Assembly: GCA_963845565.1 (NCBI GenBank)
Contig: CAWJSJ010000002.1
Coordinates: 896,001-960,000, forward strand
Source of the DNA: an uncultured Methylomirabilota bacterium
Lineage (GTDB): Bacteria > Methylomirabilota > Methylomirabilia > Methylomirabilales > 2-02-FULL-66-22
Direction of reading: 5' to 3'
Length of the DNA: 64,000 nucleotides
Shown: one piece after another, positions 1 through 9,060 of the stretch
How the letters are laid out: the number at the start of each line of letters is the position of its first letter
Position numbering within the stretch: position 1 is the stretch's first letter
Program-made: the position numbers and the translations under genes
Notes under the pieces: generated by a model
What the model was told of the DNA's origin: nothing
Seen by the model: only the letters and a program-made list of their open reading frames with translations
Database searches by the model: none

Positions 1-482
1 CTGCGGTCGAGGAGCTGCGCTGGGGCCTGGAGCTCGAAGATGCTGTAGTCGGACGATAGCTGGATTTCGTCGATGATGCTTCGCGAGAGCAGAGTGTGCG
101 CCAGACGCACTCCCATATCCCGTTCGGGAAACACCACGGTGTCGACTCCGACTTTCTGGAGGACCTTGCCGTGCAGTTCGTCCTGCGCCTTGGCGACGAT
201 CTTGGGGACCCCCATTTCCCTGAGCAGGACCGTGACCAGGATGCTCGCCTTGATTTCGTGGCCAATGGCGACGACAACCGCCTCGAAATTTCGGAGGCCC
301 AGGGACTTCAAGGCGCCCTCATCCAGGGCGTCAATCTGGACGGCTTCGGTGACCTCCTCGACGATCGCCTTCACCCGCTCGGCGTCGACGTCAACCGCCA
401 GCACCTCGCATCCCGATTGGGCGAGGGTCCGAGCTACGCTCGATCCGAACCGGCCCAGCCCGATCACGGCCACCTGACGCAT
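1..482 (-). CDS. ktrA: KtrA/TrkA RCK regulatory subunit of K+ uptake system (3' end runs off the window)
   Basis: Not in the ORF track. Read manually from ATG at 482 (GGAGG at 488-492): MRQVAVIGLGRFGSSVARTLAQSGCEVLAVDVDAERV..., a Rossmann GxGxxG RCK_N start, directly downstream of ktrB. Confidence 0.9.
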   Translation of the reverse strand, partial: MRQVAVIGLGRFGSSVARTLAQSGCEVLAVDVDAERVKAIVEEVTEAVQIDALDEGALKSLGLRNFEAVVVAIGHEIKASILVTVLLREMGVPKIVAKAQDELHGKVLQKVGVDTVVFPERDMGVRLAHTLLSRSIIDEIQLSSDYSIFELQAPAQLLDR

Positions 483-492
483 GAGGACCTCC

Positions 493-1881
493 TTAGCCGA
501 TGAGAACCTTGTCGTCCACGTGCCTCACGCCGTTCTTCGGCTTCCGGGACTGCGCGAGGGCAAACACCAGAGTGAGCGGGCCCACGCGACCGGCATACAT
601 GGTGAGGATGATGAGCCCCTGCCCAAGGGCCGAAAGCTTCGGGGTGATGCCCATGGACAGCCCGACGGTTCCGAAGGCCGAGACGGTTTCAAATAGCACG
701 GTGAGGAATTCCGCTTCTTCGGTCAGGCAGAGGAGCAGGGTGACGAGAACGATCAAGCCACCCGACACGAACGTCACCACGAACGCACGGTTCACCTGCT
801 CGACCGGTATGCGCCGACCCAGGATCACCACGTCCTCCCGACCTCGGCCCTGCGACCACACCGCCGCCGCGAGCAGCCCGAATGTCGTCGTCTTGATGCC
901 GCCACCAGTCGAGCCGGGCGAGGCACCGATGAACATCAATAAGACGATCAGAAACTGCGTGGCCGGGCGCAGGCCGGCGGTATCCAGCGTGTTGAAACCG
1001 GCAGTCCGGGGGGTCGTGGCCGTGAAGTAGGCCCCGAGGAGTTTTCCAGGATCGTTCAGGGTGGCGAGCGTGTTTGACCATTCGAGCAGGAGCAGGATCG
1101 CCGTCCCCGCGGCGATCAATACCGCTGTGACTCTGATGGCCAGGCGGGCATGAGTCGTAAGCCGGCGTTCCCGCCACTCCCACAAGTTCAGGACAACCGA
1201 GAAACCGATGCCCCCGAGAATGAATAGGCAGCTGATGGTCAACACCACGATCGCGTCATTGACATATCCGGTCAAGCTCCGGAACTCCCCCATGAGATCG
1301 AAGCCCGCGTTGTTGAATGCCGAGACTGTATGGAACACGCCGAACCAGAGCGCACGGGGCCAGCCGAAGTCCGGAAGCCAGCGCAGGGTGAGGACTACGG
1401 CGAAGACGGCTTCGGCGCTGAAAGCGTAGATCAACACGGCTCGAACGAGGCGTACTACCCCCGAGACATCGACCTGATTGAGGCTCTCCCGGATGAGGAT
1501 GCGCTCTCGCAAACCGATCCGCTTTCCCATCAGCAGAAAGAGAAAGGAGGCCATCGTCATGAAGCTCAGGCCGCCAGTCTGTATGAGAATCATGATGATG
1601 ATCTGCCCCCACAAAGAATAGTGCGTGCCTGTGTCCACCACCACCAGTCCGGTCACGCAGACGGCCGATGTCGCCGTGAATAGGGCCGTGAGGAAGTCCG
1701 TGGGCTCACCGGAAGCCGAGGCAAACGGAAGCATGAGGAGAAGGCCGCCGGTCAGAATTACGCCGGCAAAGCCCAAGGCGAGGACCTTCGGAGGCGTCAG
1801 GTCGGCCGTCAACCGTCGGAGACGGCCCCTTGCCAGCCCGCCTTCAGCGTCAACCGCAAGCTCGATCATGGCGCATGGCAC
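493..1881 (-). CDS. ktrB: KtrB/TrkH-family K+ channel subunit
   Basis: Motifs FTATSAVCVTGL, SAFNNAGF, PRTAGF, GASPGSTGGGIK, SAFGTVGLS and GRVGPLT. The start may be ATG 1869. Confidence 0.95.
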   Translation of the reverse strand: MPCAMIELAVDAEGGLARGRLRRLTADLTPPKVLALGFAGVILTGGLLLMLPFASASGEPTDFLTALFTATSAVCVTGLVVVDTGTHYSLWGQIIIMILIQTGGLSFMTMASFLFLLMGKRIGLRERILIRESLNQVDVSGVVRLVRAVLIYAFSAEAVFAVVLTLRWLPDFGWPRALWFGVFHTVSAFNNAGFDLMGEFRSLTGYVNDAIVVLTISCLFILGGIGFSVVLNLWEWRERRLTTHARLAIRVTAVLIAAGTAILLLLEWSNTLATLNDPGKLLGAYFTATTPRTAGFNTLDTAGLRPATQFLIVLLMFIGASPGSTGGGIKTTTFGLLAAAVWSQGRGREDVVILGRRIPVEQVNRAFVVTFVSGGLIVLVTLLLCLTEEAEFLTVLFETVSAFGTVGLSMGITPKLSALGQGLIILTMYAGRVGPLTLVFALAQSRKPKNGVRHVDDKVLIG

Positions 1882-1974
1882 CTCACGCGGGCATCCTCCA
1901 TTTCCCTCTGAAGCGGCGGGAAGGGTTGAACGGCGGGCCGTGTGCGGGTAGGCATCCCAAACGACAGCGAGAGA

Positions 1975-2370
1975 TCAGCCCGCGTTGTTGAAACGTCCGG
2001 CACGCTGCGGGGTCTGTTCGCGGAGGAAGTGAAACCGAGCGATCTCCCACCGCCCCAAGTCCCTGATTTCCGGGGGCAGTTGGACCCGCTGGCAGACGGG
2101 ACTTGAGAATTCGGGGTACAAGGCCGACGACAGCTGCGTCACGAATTCGCCGGAACGCCCCCAGAGATTCAGCCGAATCTGTAACGGCCCAACCTTCTCT
2201 TGTCGCATGAGTTGTGCGCAGACGTCGAAAGTAACCCGCTGGTTCCGGTCCAAGACTTGTTTGGCTTTCACCGAGACCAAGCCATCGCTGTACTGCTGGT
2301 AGCTCTGTCCAGCGGCGTGCGACGAAACCGCGGCGAGAATGCATAAGGACAGGAAAACCACGCGTATCAT
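1975..2370 (-). CDS. Hypothetical exported protein (~131 aa, signal peptide, two Cys in the mature part)
   Basis: MIRVVFLSLCILAAVSSHAA signal-peptide-like N-terminus, GAGG RBS upstream and a sigma70-type promoter directly upstream. Confidence 0.65.
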   Translation of the reverse strand: MIRVVFLSLCILAAVSSHAAGQSYQQYSDGLVSVKAKQVLDRNQRVTFDVCAQLMRQEKVGPLQIRLNLWGRSGEFVTQLSSALYPEFSSPVCQRVQLPPEIRDLGRWEIARFHFLREQTPQRAGRFNNAG

Positions 2371-2392
2371 CTGCAACACCTCTATTGTCTTA

Positions 2393-2470
2393 AATATAGG
2401 AGCGAGGATAGGGCGGGTCAATTCAAGAAGGCGTCAATTATCGGGGGCTCGGTATCAAGAAAGTGTAGGG
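2393..2470 (-). promoter_or_regulatory. sigma70 promoter (TTGACC-N17-TATATT) with two upstream 11-bp-period direct-repeat boxes (putative KdpE sites)
   Basis: -35 at 2416-2421 and -10 at 2393-2398 (minus strand). Boxes TCAAG-N6-TCAAT (2423) and TCAAG-N6-TAGGG (2455). Same layout as 8569-8645. Confidence 0.65.
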
Positions 2471-2520
2471 GCAAAGGGGCAAGGGAGAGGGGGCGTTTGG
2501 AAAACGGGAAAGGCAATTGG

Positions 2521-2570
2521 GGAGAGGACAAGAACGGCCTCAGAGGGGTACTCCGAGGCCGTCTCTCTCC
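2521..2570. terminator. GC-rich hairpin downstream of kimA-like copy 1
   Basis: Arms ACGGCCTCAGAG / CTCCGAGGCCGT, related to the palindrome at 11972-11997. Confidence 0.5.
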
Positions 2571-2584
2571 TGCAATGGTTCGGT

Positions 2585-4399
2585 CTATTGATCGAGGTGG
2601 TAGGGGATGCTGATCGCGATTTTCCCACGGCGGAAAAGTATCGCGGTCTTGAGGAGGAGAGCCGTCTGATTATGGAGCAGGTGTTGCCACCACTTGGCCG
2701 GCAGAAACTCCGGTAAGATGATCGTCATGTAATCGCCGTCTCGCTGTTTCTCCATCCTGTCAATGTACTGGAGGACCGGTTGCAGGACGGAGCGATACGG
2801 GGATTCCAGAACCACCAACGGCACGTCCGGCGCCCATTCCTGCCACTGCTGCTGGAGTCGGGAGGTCGCAGTGTCATCGAGGTCTACGGTGATGGCGGTG
2901 ACGTTCGGCGACAAGGCCTTGGCATACGTCAGGGCGGTGACGACTCCGCGGTGCAGGCCCCCGACCAGGACGACAACAGGATGACGTCCGATCTTGGGCG
3001 GCACGAACCCTCGAAGGGTAAGCTGTCCGCGGAGGCTGTCGTAGTGGCGTCGGATCGTGTAGAACCCCAGGATCATCAGCGGGGTGATGACGACAACGAT
3101 CCAGGCACCGTGAGTGAATTTGGTAAAGGCGATTACCACCACCACGATCCCGGTTGCCACGGCGCCCATGGCGTTGACGAATGCAGAGACCTGCCAACGA
3201 ACGCCTCGTCTCTTTCCACCAATGTCTCACCATGCCGGTCTGGGAGAGGGTAAACGCCGTGAAGACGCCGATGGCATAGAGAGGGATAAGGGCGTGCGTG
3301 CTTCCGCCGAAAATCACCAGGAGCAGGCAAGACAGTCCGGCCAAGATGAGGATGCCGTTGCTGAAGACCAGACGATCGCCACGATTCGCGAATTGCCGAG
3401 GGAGAAAACGGTCCTTGGCCATGATGGAGGCCAGCATGGGGAATCCGGCGAAACTGGTATTCACCGCCAGGAGGAGAATCACGGCCGTCGCGGCCTGGAT
3501 CATGTAATAGATCCAACCCCGACCAAACAGTTCACGGGTAAGCATCGAGACCACGGTCTCGTCCGCTCGAGGCACGATGTGATAGTGGTGGGCCAGAAAG
3601 GTGACTCCCAGAGAAGGAGAGGGCGAGAATCGAGGCCATCCAGATCAAGGTGATACCGGCGTTACGAGACTCTGGGGGGCGGAAATACTGCACCCCGTTG
3701 GCGACCGCTTCGGTCCCCGTCAGGGCCGCGCAACCGCCCGAGAAGGCCCGAAGAATGAGGAAGAGGGTGATCGGTTCCTGGGCGGACACGATCTCAGGCG
3801 GCGGCGGCGGCCCCTTGGGTGAGCAGGTGATAGAAGCCGCCGCCCAACAAGAGCGCGAGGCACCCGATGAACCAGTAGGTTGGGACCGCAAATATCTTGC
3901 CCGTTTCGCGGATTCCACGAAGGTTGGCGACCGTCACGAGCAGGACGAATGCCACGCAGATAGCGACCCGGTGCGGAAAGAGTGACGGGAATGCGGACGT
4001 GATGGCAGCGACGCCCGAGGCGGTGCTCACGGCGACCGTGAGTACGTAATCCACCAGAAGGGCTGCCCCCGCGATCAAGCCCGGCAGAGCGCCGAGGTTG
4101 TCCGTGGCGACGACATAGGCCCCACCGCCGGAAGGGTAGGCGTGAATGGTCTGCCAGTAGGAACTGGCAACCATGGCGGCGAGGAGTCCAATGGAAATCC
4201 CGATGGGAGGTGAATACTGCAGGGCGACCGTTCCGCCAAGGATAAGGACGAGGAGGATCTCCTCCGTAGCATAGGCAACAGAGGACATCATGTCCGAGGC
4301 GAAGATGGCGAGAGCAGAGATCTTGCCCAGGCGCTCGTGCTTGGCTTGCGCCGTAGCCATCGGACTTCCAAGGAGCAGTCTTTTCAGTGTTTGGGGCAT
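2585..4399 (-). CDS. kimA: KimA/YdaO-like APC-family K+ permease, copy 1 (split by several apparent frameshifts)
   Basis: Fragments 3794-4399 (HERLGKISALAIFASDMMSSVAYATEE), 3532-3918 (GCAALTGTEAVANGV), 2874-3575 (NTSFAGFP, PRQF..RGDRLVFSNGI) and 2585-3169 (LESPYRS, PEF..WWQHLLHNQ) join into one ~600-aa protein. Confidence 0.85.
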
Positions 4400-4505
4400 G
4401 ACACTCCTGCGTTCAGAGGAATCGTGTTCGGAGTATTGCCATCGTGCGGCCGCTTCAACCTAACCTGTGCTGCTTGGAGACCCGCGGCGCCATGGGACGC
4501 AACGC

Positions 4506-5237
4506 CTATTCTGCGGCAAGCCGGTAACCGACTCCCGGCTCGGTGAGCACGTAGCGCGGCCGGGCGGGATCGGCCTCGAGTTTACGGCGGAGCTGGGCGG
4601 TGTAGACCCGGAGGTAGTGAGCCTGTTCCGTGTAGGTCGGCCCCCAGACCTCATTGAGCAACTGGTGGTGTGTCAGGAGCTTTCCGGCGTGCCGGACCAA
4701 AGTCGCCAGCAGTCGGTACTCGATGGGCGTCAGGTGGACCGGTTGCCCCGCGACGGCAACTTGCCGCTGCGCCAGGTCCACCTGCAGGTCCCCGACAGAG
4801 AACTTAGACTCACCGGGATCGCCGGTTCCACGCGCTGCGTGTCGCAGGGCCACGCGCATGCGCGCCAATAGCTCCCCGACCCCGAAAGGCTTCGCCACAT
4901 AGTCGTCCGCGCCCGCGTCCAGCGCGGCGATCTTGTCTCGTTCCTGGCCACGTGCAGAGAGCACGATGATGGGGATTGCGCTCCATTCGCGCACTCGTCG
5001 GATGACGTCGAGCCCGTCCATATCCGGGAGGCCAAGGTCGAGGATGATGGCCTCGGGCTGCCGGGTCGCGGCTGCCGCCACGCCCTCCTCGCCTGTGGCC
5101 ACGTCAATCAGCTTGAAACCCTGCGCATCCAGGGCGGCGCGGAGGAATCGCCGAATCTGCGGCTCGTCCTCGATGAGTAGTATCACCGGACGTGGTGTGG
5201 GCTCTCCAAGGGACGGATCGGACGGGGGGCTACCCAT
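4506..5237 (-). CDS. kdpE: KdpE OmpR-family response regulator
   Basis: LDLGLPDMDG, GADDYVAKPF, YLRVYTAQLRRKLEADPARP and TEPGVGYR. Overlaps the kdpD stop. Confidence 0.95.
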   Translation of the reverse strand: MGSPPSDPSLGEPTPRPVILLIEDEPQIRRFLRAALDAQGFKLIDVATGEEGVAAAATRQPEAIILDLGLPDMDGLDVIRRVREWSAIPIIVLSARGQERDKIAALDAGADDYVAKPFGVGELLARMRVALRHAARGTGDPGESKFSVGDLQVDLAQRQVAVAGQPVHLTPIEYRLLATLVRHAGKLLTHHQLLNEVWGPTYTEQAHYLRVYTAQLRRKLEADPARPRYVLTEPGVGYRLAAE

Positions 5238-7926
5238 CAGAATGCTCCATGTCCGGCGGCCTTCCGGTGATGGGAACAGTAAACCGAAAGGACGCACCGC
5301 CGCCTGAGCGGTTTTCAGCCCAGATGCGCCCTCCGTGGGCCTCGACGATGCCGCGGCAGATGGCAAGGCCTAGGCCGGCACCGCGGGAGGTGCTCGAGCG
5401 ACCGCGGTAGAACTTTTCGAATAGGCGCGCCTCATCTCCCGGCGGGAGCCCTGTCCCGCGGTCAGCCACGTCCACGGTCACCATACCCTCGCCCACCCGC
5501 GCGGTCAACTCGATCGCACTTCCGGCGGGGGTGTATTTGACCGCGTTCTCCAGAAGATTGATCAATACCTGCTCGATCAGAACGTCGTCGATGGGAACCA
5601 GTGGAAGATCCTGCGGTACCCGCGTCGCCACCGGCCGCCCCCTCAGCGGCTTCTCCATACGGCCCAAGGCGGCCCCGATCACCTCCTCGAGAGGATGCCA
5701 TTGCTTGGAAACCTGGAGGGCCCCCGACTGGAGACGGGTCATGTCCAGCAGGTTGCGAACCAAGCGATTGAGACGCTCTGCCTCTTCGTAGAGGGTTTCC
5801 AGAAGCACCTTTCGCGTGGCAGAATCGAGGAATGCTTCTCCTTCCAGCAGACCACTCGCCGTTCCGGTGATCGACGCCAGGGGAGTCCGCAGGTCGTGCG
5901 AGACCGAACTCAAGAGAGAGCTGCGCATGGACTCGGTCTCCACGCGAACCTGCGCTTGCTGGGCTTCGGTTGCTAACTGGGCGCGTTCGAGGGCCAAGGC
6001 CACCTGGCTGCAGAAGGTCTCAAGTTCGTGCACCTGTTCAGGCGCCTCCATGAGTTGGGGGGTGTCGGGGCGGAGGATCAGTACGCCCAACGTGCCGCGA
6101 GAGGCGGTGAGTGGAAGGCACAGGACCTCCGCTTCCGGTGAGGTTCCGGTGCCCAATCCCGCTGGCTGTTGATGGAGATACACCCATCGACTCAAGTCCA
6201 GTTCCCGAGATCCAGGTCCAAAGAGGCCCTCCCCGACGGGTTCAGGGCGCAAACCCCCTTTGGCGTCTGGAAACATGACCGCGACCTGGCCGCGAAATAC
6301 CTCTCGGATATGTCGGGCCGAGACTTTCAGGATGCCCGGCACCTCCCGAGCACTCGCCAGGTCGCGACTCATGGCGTAAAGGGCCGCCGTGCGGCGTTCC
6401 CGTTGTCGGGCGGATTCGGCGAGCCAGCGAATTCGCACGGTCAAGCCGCTGATCACCAGGGCCACAATGAACATTGCCCCAAAGGTCAACAGGTCCTGCG
6501 TTTCCGCAACGGCAAACGTGAAGTAGGGGGGAACGAAGAAGAAGTCGAAGGCGCCCACGCTCAGAATGCAGCCGAGGATGGACGGACCCGGTCCGGAACG
6601 CGCTGCGACCGCGACGACTCCCAGCAGGTACACGAGCACTAAGGTTGAATGCGCGATGTAGGGGAAGATGAACAGGCTTATCGCGGTGCAGATCCCAACC
6701 ATCACGAACGGCCGCCCGTAATCTATCCAGCGCGCACCTCGCTTCCGCGGTGGACTCACGTATGGAAGGTGGGAAGGCTCCTCGCCGCTGATCACGTACA
6801 CGTCTGTCTCGCCACTCCCTCGAATGAGGGCATCGGCAATCGACCCAAAGAACAGGCGTTGCCAAGCGGGTTGGACGGGCTTCCCGACGACGATCTTGCT
6901 CACGTTCCGGGTCCGCGCGAATGCCAAGACCTCCTCCGGGACCCGTTCCCCGCTCAACACGCGCGTCTCCGCACCCAACTGTTCGGCCAGCCGAAGCGTG
7001 TCGGCGATACGAACGCGCCCTGATTCCCCCAGCCCTTGGTACCACGGCGTTTCCACAAATACGACCAACCATTCTGCCCGGAGAGCATCCGCCAAGCGTT
7101 TAGCTGCCCGGACAACTCTAGCCGCGTGCGGGCTGGGGCTGATGCAGGCCAGAACCCGTTCGGTTACAGGCCAGGTGGTCTGGATAGCCTGGTCGCGCAT
7201 GTAGCGGCGCATCCGGCCGTCAACATGATCGGCTGTCCGCCGCAGAGCCAACTCGCGGAGCGCCATCAGGTTGCCCGGTCGGAAAAGGAGACGGTCTCGC
7301 TCCGACTCGCGCCCCGGAAGATGGACCTTTCCCTCGGCAAGTCGCTCGAGTAACTCCGCAGGAGTCAGATCGATCAGTACTATCTCATCCGCCTGCTCGA
7401 CAATACGATCCGGGACCGTCTCCTCTACAATAACGTCCGTGACTCGATACGCGACATCCTTCAAACTTTCGATCTCGTAAACATTGAGCGTGGTAAACAC
7501 CGAGATCCCGACGCCGAGCAATTCCTCGACGTCTTGCCATCGTCTTGGGTGGCGAGAGACCGCAGGGTTGGGGCGAGCAAGCTCGTCTACGATCAAAAGG
7601 GACGGGCGGCGGGCAAGGGCGGCGTCCAGATCAAGCGAGTCGGAAACTTCCCCACCGGAAATGGGAGACGGGCGATGAGGGAGGCGTTCCATTTCGTCCA
7701 GGAGACGATCGGTTTCCGGACGGCCGTGGGTATTGGCTGCCCCAACCACGACATCCGCTCCTGCCACCTGTCGCCGCCGTGCTGCCTGCAGCATGGCGAA
7801 CGTCTTTCCCGTGCCGGGAGCCGCCCCCAAGAATACGACGAGCTTTCCCCTTCCCGGTGCCGGTGTGTTCCCCGCCTCCTTCCGGGGGTCCCGATTGGCC
7901 TGCAGCGCCTGAGGTGTGATCGACAC
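5230..7926 (-). CDS. kdpD: KdpD sensor histidine kinase (KdpD-USP-4TM-GAF-HisKA-HATPase)
   Basis: GAAPGTGKTFAML, VDELA, RWQDVEELL, LRELALR, SHDLRTPL and GLGLAIC. GTG 7926 with an AGGAAGGGAG RBS. Confidence 0.95.
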   Translation of the reverse strand: MSITPQALQANRDPRKEAGNTPAPGRGKLVVFLGAAPGTGKTFAMLQAARRRQVAGADVVVGAANTHGRPETDRLLDEMERLPHRPSPISGGEVSDSLDLDAALARRPSLLIVDELARPNPAVSRHPRRWQDVEELLGVGISVFTTLNVYEIESLKDVAYRVTDVIVEETVPDRIVEQADEIVLIDLTPAELLERLAEGKVHLPGRESERDRLLFRPGNLMALRELALRRTADHVDGRMRRYMRDQAIQTTWPVTERVLACISPSPHAARVVRAAKRLADALRAEWLVVFVETPWYQGLGESGRVRIADTLRLAEQLGAETRVLSGERVPEEVLAFARTRNVSKIVVGKPVQPAWQRLFFGSIADALIRGSGETDVYVISGEEPSHLPYVSPPRKRGARWIDYGRPFVMVGICTAISLFIFPYIAHSTLVLVYLLGVVAVAARSGPGPSILGCILSVGAFDFFFVPPYFTFAVAETQDLLTFGAMFIVALVISGLTVRIRWLAESARQRERRTAALYAMSRDLASAREVPGILKVSARHIREVFRGQVAVMFPDAKGGLRPEPVGEGLFGPGSRELDLSRWVYLHQQPAGLGTGTSPEAEVLCLPLTASRGTLGVLILRPDTPQLMEAPEQVHELETFCSQVALALERAQLATEAQQAQVRVETESMRSSLLSSVSHDLRTPLASITGTASGLLEGEAFLDSATRKVLLETLYEEAERLNRLVRNLLDMTRLQSGALQVSKQWHPLEEVIGAALGRMEKPLRGRPVATRVPQDLPLVPIDDVLIEQVLINLLENAVKYTPAGSAIELTARVGEGMVTVDVADRGTGLPPGDEARLFEKFYRGRSSTSRGAGLGLAICRGIVEAHGGRIWAENRSGGGASFRFTVPITGRPPDMEHSDG

Positions 7927-8070
7927 GTCGCTCCCTTCCTGGGCAACTTGGAGTATACAGAGGCGAGCCAAGGGCCGCAAGACAGTCAGGGGCAGTTAGG
8001 GAGGATGGAGAAGAAGATGCGCCGCTGGCAAGTCATAAGCGTTGGCGAAGGAGAGAACGAGACCTGTCGG

Positions 8071-8508
8071 TTATCGATGGGAGGCCTGTGTCGCGGGCTG
8101 GAACGCCGAATCGCGATGCTCAGTCTCTGACAACGGGACGCTGGTGCCTTGGCTAGAGCCTTCCGACGCTGCCGAGAAGGCCACATGGATGACCGAGAAG
8201 GGCCCTTCCGGGTGCACGTGGGCACCTGGCGTCTCGTGGGATAGGGCGGATCGGCTCTTCCGAATCCACGCCCCCAAGAGCGCGAGGATTGCCAGGGCAA
8301 CACCATACTGGAACAGGGCAGGGTGCCCGAAGGCGGCGACCAAGCGGCTTCCACCCGCGCACAGGCCCACACTCACCATAAGAATGATGTACAGCGCACC
8401 CCACTGAATGGGTCTCGCTTTCTCTCGAGGCGGGAACGATTGTCGCGCTTGTCCGGCTCGCTCGGCCAAGGCCGGCGCGGCTGCAGATTCCATCGCCATG
8501 GATTTCAT
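8071..8508 (-). CDS. Hypothetical small membrane protein (2 predicted TM segments)
   Basis: ATG 8508 with a GGAGAG RBS. Hydrophobic stretches WGALYIILMVSVGLCAG and LFQYGVALAILALLGAWI. Lies downstream of the boxed promoter. Confidence 0.55.
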   Translation of the reverse strand: MKSMAMESAAAPALAERAGQARQSFPPREKARPIQWGALYIILMVSVGLCAGGSRLVAAFGHPALFQYGVALAILALLGAWIRKSRSALSHETPGAHVHPEGPFSVIHVAFSAASEGSSQGTSVPLSETEHRDSAFQPATQASHR

Positions 8509-8568
8509 GGGTCTCTCCAGAGGCTCGATGCGAGGGCACGCGACTGCCCTCAAATTCTCACCGTCTCC

Positions 8569-8645
8569 AATATAGGTCGGGTACGCCAATGGTCAACTCA
8601 AGATGTCGTCAGGGTCACGGCTTCCCGCGTCAAAAACGCGTAAAG
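8569..8645 (-). promoter_or_regulatory. sigma70 promoter (TTGACC-N16-TATATT) with two 11-bp-period direct-repeat boxes (putative KdpE sites)
   Basis: -35 at 8591-8596 and -10 at 8569-8574. Boxes TCAAG-N6-TCAGG (8598) and TCAAA-N6-TAAAG (8630) are 32 bp apart, as at 2423/2455. Confidence 0.65.
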
Positions 8646-8689
8646 AGTGCAGGGGCAGCCGAGGCGTAGGCCGCGCATCGAACGGCGCC

Positions 8690-8844
8690 CGCAGAGGCGG
8701 GTCCATCGTCGGACCATGCCGAGTCGGGATATGGCGAACACGAGGAGCGCCCGGGGACGCCGTATAGCGGCAACAGGACATGGGCATCGCCCTGGAAGGC
8801 TATAAGCTGGCCCATGGAAACGCCGTCCATGATAAGGAAGCCGT
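8690..8844 (-). pseudogene. Decayed internal fragment of a kimA-like gene
   Basis: Translates GFLIMDGVSMGQLIAFQGDAHVLLPLY versus GILILSGLSMGLLIAFQGDTHALLPLY in kimA copy 2. The nucleotides align with ~12646-12798. Confidence 0.75.
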
Positions 8845-8861
8845 AAAAATCGGACTCTGAG

Positions 8862-8983
8862 ACGTCAAGATTTCGTAAAGGTATCTTGCCTTCCGGTGGC
8901 TTCACGATAGAATCTGGCGCCCATATTTCCCTCTGAGGCGACCGTTTCCTGAGATGGCGCAACCCGTCAAGAATTCATCAAGG
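8862..8983 (+). promoter_or_regulatory. trkA promoter (TTGCCT-N16-TAGAAT) with direct-repeat boxes CGTCAAGATTTCGTAAAG and CGTCAAGAATTCATCAAG
   Basis: -35 at 8886-8891 and -10 at 8908-8913. Boxes at 8863-8880 and 8965-8982 have the same 11-bp period. Confidence 0.6.
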
Positions 8984-9060
8984 CCAGCCGGGCGCGCCAC
9001 AAGGGACTTTTTCGCCGCAGAGCGACAAGTCGTGAAACGGCTCTTGCGTGGGGACGGCGT

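Noticed and set aside
8630..8962. 110-aa ORF as a real gene
   Set aside because: It spans promoter boxes, and only the central kimA relic looks protein-like.
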